Assembly (NCBI RefSeq): GCF_018977255.1
Contig: NW_024705456.1
Span: forward strand, 1 to 42,894
Source: Callorhinchus milii
Taxonomy: Eukaryota
Direction of reading: 5' to 3'
DNA length: 42,894 nucleotides
The translations under genes were made by a program, and so were the position numbers. Of the stretch, positions 34,471-42,894 are shown in pieces. Each line of letters opens with the position of its first letter. Within the stretch, counting starts at the first letter, position 1. The notes under the pieces were generated by a model. The model did no database searches. It was not told the DNA's origin and saw only the letters and a list, made by a program, of their open reading frames with translations.

Positions 34471-35009
34471 TACTACTTCAGAAAATGTGCCATCTCAAAG
34501 CTGAAAAACACGCAGCCTGGAAAACTCTTCCAGAGCAAAATTTTTCAATTAATCTCTCTTCCTGTGATTTATACTCCTATGGGAAAGCAGAGAATGCAAG
34601 TAGCTTGTGAATGATGTGGACGAGTTATTTTCTTCCCTTTTCGAATAGTACCATAAGATCTTGAATATCTAAAATGGCAAGGATCTTTTGTACTTATTCG
34701 GCGCTTTCTACCTTCACTTCCCACCTCCAGGACCAAATCAATCCTAAATTGATTGTATGTAATGAGGGCGAATCGCGACAGGCAATTTTGGTGTACGAAT
34801 CTTGCTAACCTAACTACAGAGATAACTGTGCGCAGAAAGGAACGAACCACAATTTTGGAAATCTCGTGTGGGCGTCCAGGTTACTCGTGCAGTTCACGCA
34901 ACAGAAATGCTGGCCACAGAGGATAATACTGAATAAAAATCCAATATGACTTACTTACATTTAACATATCTGCTTATGAATTGTGATATCAGACACAAAG
35001 GTGTCATGT

Positions 35010-35340
35010 TAATTCAGTGGGAATACACTCGCCACTGAGTCAGACGATTACGGGTTGAAACCAAAAAAATGGCTCTCCAATACATTTCTGGGTATGTATT
35101 GATTTGTCGGAGGTGAGGTTCCTTAAATGTGACATTGAACTGAGCTTTCGTCTGCCTGGTGAGATGGACGTTAAAATATCCCACGGCATTATGCATGAAG
35201 GGCAAGGAGTTACTCCCAGTCCTGGCCAACAATCCCACTGAGAAAATTATTCAACTAAATTGAGGTTGTTTCGCGGGCAATGCTGTGCGCAAACTGATTT
35301 GAGCCTTACGTCACTGCAGCGACTTCCTTTTTACCAAAAT
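35010..35340 (+). mobile_element. SacSINE1/AmnSINE1-like DeuSINE fragment
   Basis: cgtctgcctggtgagatggacgttaaaatatcccacggc...ggagttactcccagtcctggccaac...tgctgtgcgcaaactg. Confidence 0.7.
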
Positions 35341-35569
35341 CTACCTCACTGTTTCTCCTCGACTATGCAAATGGTGGAGTTCAATCACCTCCGTGGACTC
35401 ACGAGATGCTCAAAGTTAAAAGACAGAAGTGCATCCACAGAGATCTGATATGACACCAACTTAGCTTGCTTTGGAAACTTGCTGTACTCGAACAGAGACG
35501 TTAATTACCAGAGTTCAATCGTCCCTTCTCAGAGCGTGTCAGAACAGAACAGGGCTCAAGCCAAAGTTA

Positions 35570-36830
35570 GCGTAGAACCACAGAATTTTGCAGCACAGAT
35601 GTAGGCCATTAGGAACATCGTACTTGTGCGAGGTCTATGAATGAGCCGTTGTTTTCACATAGACTTCGAAATGTTTATCTTTGCAAATATTTATCAAATT
35701 CATTTTAAAATAAATTATTGAATCTGCTTCCACCGCGCTTTCAGGCAATGCCTTTTAGTTGATAAAACATCGCTGGCTGAATAAATCTCCTGGTGAGCCA
35801 TGCAGAACCAGGACTCCTTTCAGGAAGGCCTGGAACAGATACACCAAGTCTGTCCTACGTGTTGACATCCAAACGTTATTCATGCACCTAAAAAGTAGGG
35901 TGACCTTCCCCTTGTTTCGCGTTACCCCCACTTTTTCATAGAAATATACAGAAGGAGGCAATTCGTTCCATCGTATCTGTGCTGGCTTCTTAAAAAGAGC
36001 TGTCCAATTGAATCCCACTCCCCGGCTCTCTTCCGATAGTCCGGCAAACTTGCCCTCCCCAAATAATTATCTACTTCTTCTTTAAATATTGTTATCGTGT
36101 CGGCTTCCACCACACTGTCAGGCAATGTATTCCAGATGCTAAAAACTCGCTGTGTAAAAAAATATCTCCTCCCCTCTATTTCTTTTAATAATTATTATAA
36201 TTCAGTGCCCTTAGTTTGCACTTTCTTCACTCTATTGAATCCCATCATGCTTCTGAAAACTTCCATTCAGTCACCACTTAACGTTCTGTGCTCCAAGGAG
36301 AATACTCCTGGCTTCTCTAACCTTTCCTGACAACTGTAGTCCCTCATTGTTAAACTTGCTTTGCACCCTCTCCAACGCATTAATATCCTTCCTAAATTAT
36401 GGTGCTCAGAAATAAAAACAGTGCTCCATCTGTGGTCCAACCAGTGGTTAATTATGATTTGTCAAACCTGACGTTTGCATTCAATCCACCTATTTTTGAA
36501 GCCAAGTAACAATAATGCTTTTTAGCAACTTTACTACCTCTCCTGCCACCTTGAATTATTTACTTATATAACTCCACAGGTCTCTGTTCCTTCAACCATT
36601 TAAATTTGTACTATGTAGCTTGTACTATCTGTCCTGATTTTGCGTCCCAAAGAGATCATTTCGCATTTCTCCACATTAAATTTCGTCTACCACGTGACTA
36701 CCCATTTTTCCAGTACGAATATGTCCATGAGGATTCTGCTGCTATCCTACCCAAATGTATTACTTTACCTGGTTTACTACCATCTGCAAACTTGGAAAAT
36801 GTACTCCATTAATCCAAGTCCATGTCATTT
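35570..36830 (-). mobile_element. Degraded CR1 fragments
   Basis: Reverse reading gives LPDSVVEAD..IFKEEVDNYL, a CR1 3' terminus at ~35940-35990, and catctgcaaac (FADG, an FADD-like RT motif) at ~36781. Confidence 0.75.
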
Positions 36831-37329
36831 ATATATATAAGAGGACACACTCTTCTCTTTTTCTAAACAAATATCATCAGATTTTTTTAATGACCACAGA
36901 GGCAGTCAGGACGTTGTACAAATGTAACAACGAGACCAAAGTTTCGAACCCCCAACACAGACAGGGCGTAACACAAACTTAACAACTCGATCGACGTTTC
37001 AAATCTCCAAATCTGCAGTCCTCCATTCCTTGCATAGTAGTTCGGTCCACGATGAGTCAAAAGTCCTGAAAAGGGGCTGGAATCCACAATATTCTGACTC
37101 GCGCCGTTTCTTACCAATTAAGCCAGGCTATCATTAATTCAAATTACAGTTTTTAGAAATCAAAATCTCTTGCAAACAACCATCGGTGGAATGCATGACA
37201 TCCCGTCAAAAGGTGACAACTGACTCCAAAAAAGTTAATGCACTACCAATCTGATTGGTGCACACGCAAAACTACGGAACCTTGATGCCTTCAATGCAAA
37301 ACTTATCTGCTTCCCATATGTGTTGGAAA

Positions 37330-38246
37330 TAACCGCTTCAACCTTTCCTCCGCTAAATCGTCCTTTTACTGCAAGACAATCTTGCAGGCCAAGGAAAACC
37401 ACAAACTCCACTTCTCCATTACGAATGCTTCCTCCGCCCACCTTCTCACGCCTCATCCACTCGTTACTCCAACGCCAACGTCGAGTAGCTGCTCGACTTA
37501 CTCGGAACCAACATCTAGGGGATCAACTCAGCTGCCTCTGCTCTTCCAATTACTAACGAATTTCGCCATCAACCCCGCACAAATTTACCCTCCACACCTT
37601 CGCACATATCTACCTCTCCTCTTTCACAAAAACTAAAATGAAACGACAACATGGTCCAACGACCGCGCTCCAACCCCTTTCCTAAAGTTTGAGCTCGATG
37701 ACGTTGTCCTCCTACTGACGAACTTTATAAAACTTTCCCTTTTGATTGCCCCACTGCCGTCCCTTTAAAAAAGAGCCGTCATTACACCTATCCTTAAAAA
37801 CCCTCAGGGGACCCATCTCTGATCACAAATTGCCGTCGCATATGAAACTTTCGTATCGTTTACGGGGTCCTGGAATGAGCCGTTGATTCCCAGCTTCCCT
37901 CTTTCCTATCCCGCGATTCCCTCTACCAATTGCTCCAATTGGCCAAGCAAACCACTCAGTTTCGTGTCAGTTTTTAAGGGTAACTCAGCCTTCTTTTATC
38001 TTTTGCATTTTCTTGGTAAATATTCGCGTTTGTCCGTCATCATGGCTCAACAGTAAGAACAACAGCTGCAACATTACATTGATGGAGGCCTTTCACGTCG
38101 TACGGGCTTCGCAAGTTGCTGAACAGTCTGGTTTTGGGGTCCGAGCATAGACGAAGTATCGTGTAGGGGTAAGGGAAGGCAGAGAGGTGGGAGGGAGACG
38201 AAAGTCGCGGTCGAAGTGAAAGGTATTGAGAGCTGCCTTGAAGTAG
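37330..38246. mobile_element. Old L2 pieces: APE-RT linker/RT (+, 37330-37960) and 3' end (-, ~38050-38246)
   Basis: SSAKSSFYCKTILQAKENHKL is homologous to [29 protein letters not shown] also present. A reverse L2 stem-loop gcctttcacgtc lies at ~38090. Confidence 0.7.
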
Positions 38247-39100
38247 CCAAGGCTGCACTCTCCACCTCTCAAAGCCAGTCAGGAACCTCGGCGTTTTGTT
38301 CGACCCTGAGCTGTACTTTCTCCCTCACATCCGCGCCACAATTGGCACCGCCTTCCGTCACCTCCGAAACATCGCCAGACAACGGCACTACCTCACCCCT
38401 CACGCTGCTGAAACCCTGGTCCACGCCTTTGTCACCTCAAGGCTGGATTATGGGAACTCTCTCCTCGCCGGCCTTCCCGCCACCTCCCTCCACAAGCTGC
38501 AGGTCATTCAGAACTTTGCAGCTCGTGTACTGTCCCGCACCAGGTTTCGGGACCACATCACTCCCACCCTCGCTCGCCTCCACTGGCTCCCCATCCCCCA
38601 GAGGATTGATTTCAAGATCCTCATCCTCATCTACAAGGCCATTCACGGCCTTGCTCCCTCCTACCTCTCCGACCTACTATCCCCCTACCTACCTGCCCGT
38701 ACCCTCCGTTCCTCTGGCTCCGGTCTGCTCCAAGTCCCCCGCCCCAACCGCCCTACAATCGGTGGTCGGGCCTTCAGCCTCTCAGCCCCCAGGCTCTGGA
38801 ACTCCATCCCCCAGTGCCTTCGCTTTGCTTCCTCCCTTTTCTCCTTCAAGGCCGGTCTCAAAACCTTTCTCTTTGACCGAGCCTTCAGCTCCCCTCTCGA
38901 CTCTCTTCCCCCTCCTCGCTCCCTCCCTTCCCTCCCCTGACCCTGACCATTTCCCCCCTCCTCGCTCCCTCCCTTCCCTCCCCTCACCCTGACCATTTCC
39001 CCCCTGATCGGGTCATGACCCAACTGTGCAGCGCCTTGGGACGTCCTCCTGACGTGAAAGGCGCTTTATAAATGGAATCTTGTTGTTGTTGTTGTTGTTG
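38247..39100 (+). mobile_element. Young 5'-truncated L2 LINE
   Basis: ORF 38296-38940 ([29 protein letters not shown]), 46-bp 3'UTR repeats, stem-loop, (TTG)n. Confidence 0.95.
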
Positions 39101-39105
39101 TATAA

Positions 39106-42005
39106 GAAGCCTGGTGCGGGACAGTACACGAGCTGCAGAGTTCTGAATGACCTGCAGCTTGTGGAGGGAGGTGCCGGGAAGGCCGGCGAGGAGAGAGTTC
39201 CCATAGTCCAGCCTTGAGGTGACAAAGGTGCGGATGTGAGGGAGAAAGGACAGCTCAGGGTCGAACAAAACGCCGAGGTTCCTGACTGGCTTTGAGAGGT
39301 GGAGAGTGCAGCCTTGGATGCTGATGGTGTCAGCGCCTGAGGTGCGGAGGCGCTGACGTGAGCCAATCAGGAGGGCCTCGGTTTTTCGCACGTTGAGCTG
39401 AAGAAAGTTGTCTCTCGTCCAGGACTCGATGTCGGACAGGCAGGCTGTCAGGACATCGGTGGTCGTGGAGTTGAGAGTAGAGGAGGAAAGGTAGAGTTGG
39501 GTGTCATCCGCATACATGTGGAAGTTAACCCCATGTTTGCGGATGATGTCACCGAGGGGGAGCATATAGAGGGTGAAGAGGAGGGGACCGAGGACAGAGC
39601 CCTGAGGGACACCACATGAGACAGTACGGGGGGTGGAGGAGAAGCCATTCGTTGAGACGAAGTGAAGACGGTGGGAAAGGTAAGAGCTAAACCATTCAAG
39701 GACAGTGCCTTGAAGGTTGAGGTGGGAGGACAAGCGGTGGAGTAGGATAGCGTGGTCGACCGTATCGAATGCTGCCGATAGGTCGAGGAGGACGAGGAGA
39801 CAGAGGGAGCCCTGGTCACAGATAGTCAGGATATCATTGGTGACCTTGACCAGGGCAGTTTCTGTGCTATGAGCAGCACGGAAACCTGACTGAAGGGGTT
39901 CAAAAAGAGAATGGGTGGAGAGGAAAGAGCGCAGTTGGGAGGCGACAACTCTTTCCAAGACCTTGGAGAGAAAGGGGAGGTTGGAGATGGGCCGGTAGCT
40001 TGATAGCTGCGACGCATCAAGGGAGGGTTTTTTCAGGGTGGGCGTGATGATGGCAGTTTTTAATGGAATGGGGACAGAGCCAGAGGAGAGGGACAGGTTT
40101 ATGATGTCAGTGATGTGTGGGGCAAGAAAATGGAGCTGGGAGATAAGGAGTGGAGTGGGGATGGGGTCAAGGGAGCAGGTGGTTGGTTTTAGGGATAGGA
40201 TGAGTTCAGTGACAGAGGGTGGGGAAACGGGTACGAAGGTGTGTAGGGGAGGATGGGTAGGAGTCGGAGTGTGGGAGGGCAGGGGTGGGTGGTGGGTGGA
40301 AGTTGGAGGGGAAGTGACCGCGGAGCGGATTCCCTTGATCTTGGATTCAAGGAAATCCAGCATCTCCTCGCAGTGAAGGTTGGAGGAGATGACCTGCGCG
40401 GGGTGGCGGGGGGGACGGAGGAGTCGGGATGTGGTGGAAAACAGTAGCCTGGGGTTGTTCTTCGCCTCCAGGATTATCCTGGAGTAGAAGGACGACTTGG
40501 CCGAGGCTAGAGTGGAGCGGTAAATTTTGAGGAGGTCCAGCCAGATTTGTCGGTGGACCGTTAAGCCGGATTTGACAAAGGTGCGCTCAGCAGCCCGCAC
40601 CTGGCATTTCAGTGAGCGGAGGTGGGTGGTGTACCAGGGGGAGGAGCGGGAGTAGGAGACAGTGCGGGAAGTGATGGGGGCAAGAGTATCGAGTGTGGAG
40701 GAGAGGATATTGTGGAGGAGGGAGAGAGGAGAAGAGGGGTCGGTGAGGGTTGAAGGCCAGAGGGAGAGGAGTTCAGAGGACTCCAAGGCATCGGTTAGGG
40801 ATTGTGGGGGTAACTTCTTCCAAGGGCGGTAGAAGATGGTGGTGGGTCTGGTGGAGGTGGGGAGGGGGGTGGAGGTGGTGAAGGAGATGAAGTAGTGGTC
40901 GGAGATGGCCTTGTCCGTAATAGTGACATCCGAGACACTGAGGCCCCGGGTGATCACCAAATCGAGTGGGTGGCCGTGACTGTGAGTGGGGGAGTTTATG
41001 TGTAGGGAAAGGTTGAGTGAGGAGAGCAGGGAAGAGAAGTCTGTGGAGATGGAGCAGGAGGGGGTGAAGTGTAGGTTAAAGTCGCCCAGGATGATGAGGC
41101 GATCAGAGGAGAGGCAAAGAGATGTGAGGAGTGTTGAAATGTCAGAGATGAAGGTGGGAGAGGTTTTAGGGGGCCGGTAGAGGAGGAGGATTTTAAGGGA
41201 GAGGAATGAGGGGTGGGAGAGGGTGAGGTGCTCGAAGGAGGGGAAAGAGACAGAGGAGTAGGGGGATAGGGCAAGTGGTGTCCTTGAGATAAGGGCAACA
41301 CCACCGCCACGGCGGTTGGGGCGGGGGATGTGGTGGGAGGTGTAGCCGGGTGGCGTGGCCTCCGTGAGGGGGAAGGTGTCGCCTGGGGTGAGCCACGTTT
41401 CTGTCAAGGCCATGATATCAACGTTCTCATCAAGGATGAGATCGTTGATGACCAGGGCCTTGTTGCAGAGGGAGCGGACATTTTGCAGTCCGATGTGGAG
41501 GGAGCGGTTGACAGAAGGGTGTGTGGGAGGGGAGGGGGGTCCAGGTTGTGAGGCAGGGGTGGGGGAGATGGGGATGAGGGAGGAGAGGTTGACTCCCCGG
41601 GTCTATGTCCGGGGTGGCTAGCGAGAGTGTTGGGGAATGGGGTAGTCGGTGTGGCTGCTGCTGGACAGCCAACGCCGAGTGCCGCGGTGAGCCCGGCGGA
41701 GGATTCCCAGACTGGAACAGAGGGAGGTTGTGGGAGGGTCAAGTGGGGATAGAAGACGAGAGGGACGGAGAGAGAGGAGGAGAGAGCGGGAGAGATGGAG
41801 AGGGGGGAGGGTTTGGGGGGAGAGAGGAGGGGGGAGGGAGGGAGGGGGTGAGGGGCCTCGGGTCAAAGCGGCAGCCATAGTGCGCACGCGGGGACCGGGA
41901 GCGAGCGGTCAGGTGGATGGCATTATCCCGCAGATTGGGGCATCGAATCCAACAGGACCATAGTGGGCTCTGATGTGAGCCCCGGGGGGGGGGGGCGGCG
42001 CAGAG

Positions 42006-42036
<31 letters not shown>

Positions 42037-42488
42037 GGTGCGCGCGCACTCACCTGAAAACTAATCTATGACGTCGCAGTTCCCCCGCTCCGCCCCCACA
42101 CCTCCCTCCGCTCTCCTGTCGCCGCTCCCCGACTGGCTGCACTCGCTCCGGCGTCGAGTTTAAGTACCTGGGTCAGTAGGCCCAGCCTCCTCACCGCGCT
42201 GTCCTGCCGCCGCTCCCCGACTGGCTGCACTCGCTCCGGCGTCGAGTTTAAGTACCTGGGTCAGTAGGCCCAGGCTTCTCCCCGCGCTGTCCTGCTGCCG
42301 CTCCCCGACTGGCTGCACTCGCTCCGGCGTCGAGTTTAAGTACCTGGGTCAGTAGGCCCAGGCTCCTCCCCGCGCTGTCCTGCTGCCGCTCCCCGACTGG
42401 CTGCACTCGCTCCGGCGTCGAGTTTAAGTACCTGGGTCAGTAGGCCCAGGCTCCTCCCCGCGCAGTCCTGCTGCCGCTCCCCGACTGG
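39106..42488 (-). mobile_element. Near full-length single-ORF L2 LINE (APE endonuclease + RT), 3'-truncated, with intact 5' end
   Basis: Motifs [60 protein letters not shown] and YADDTQLY are present. The frame extends up to the ATG at ~41878 through two TAG stops, and there is a 90-nt in-frame deletion at ~39228. Confidence 0.96.
42107..42488 (-). repeat. Four near-identical 88-bp CpG-rich monomers plus a partial unit at the L2 5' end (putative promoter array)
   Basis: GACTGG recurs at 42131, 42219, 42307, 42395 and 42483 (period 88). Confidence 0.95.
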
Positions 42489-42894
42489 AGCTCTCATCTA
42501 ATATTTGCTCTCATCTAATGAAGTGAGTACATCATATTCACTTGATTTATAGCGATCGTGTATAATGAGATTAACAGCTATCAAGACTCAGACGGTAATT
42601 CGAGGCTAATTTAAATACTACAATATCACAATGGAGGATATGCTCAGTCGGATCCGAATGACTCAGGGGTTTTTAATATAACTGTGCTACCCGGTCTATC
42701 TATGGTGTGATAGAGGATTGATATTTCAGCTGTGACGATCTGCCAGCTGTTTGCCAAATTCCTCTGAATTCCTCTTCGCCTGAAGATCTTATTATTCAAC
42801 AGTGCCTAATATCACTTTCCACTCCCCACAAGATCGGAGTTGAGCTCCGCCACTATCACTGCTATGTGTGATTGTTGCTGGGTAAATGGAAGTT

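Noticed and set aside
38247..39320. Twin-priming 5' inversion of one L2
   Set aside because: The (TTG)n tail lies at the internal junction and the two pieces overlap in sequence, which does not fit twin-priming geometry.
42107..42488. CRISPR-like array
   Set aside because: The units are contiguous near-identical 88-mers with no unique spacers, in eukaryotic DNA.

Overview
Eukaryotic, repeat-rich vertebrate genomic DNA. The tRNA/Deu-type SINEs, CR1 and L2 LINEs and a GPR139-like receptor point to a cartilaginous fish; this assignment is an inference. Two host loci lie on the + strand. (1) A two-exon GPR139/142-like class A GPCR (2047-3980) carries two 1-bp frameshifts. (2) A multi-exon immune receptor gene (~14749-28990) splices into signal mini-exon(s), 3 SRCR domains, one LILR/IGSF1(LRC)-type Ig domain, an LRC-activating-type TM and a short tail. 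The 36-nt mini-exon through the TM exon join in phase 1 without stops. The first SRCR domain has the WC1 'a'-domain signature (WGTVDG, loss of Cys2/Cys7). The second has cleanly lost the Cys5-Cys6 loop. The TM reads NxxC where NxxR is expected. The rest is mostly mobile DNA: young and old L2 copies, a near full-length single-ORF L2 whose 5' end is four 88-bp TATA+Inr-like monomers, tRNA-derived SINEs sharing the L2 3' stem-loop, CR1 fragments, an old gag-pro LTR element with a tRNA-Arg PBS, and many microsatellites. All calls were made by eye, and boundaries of old repeats are approximate.
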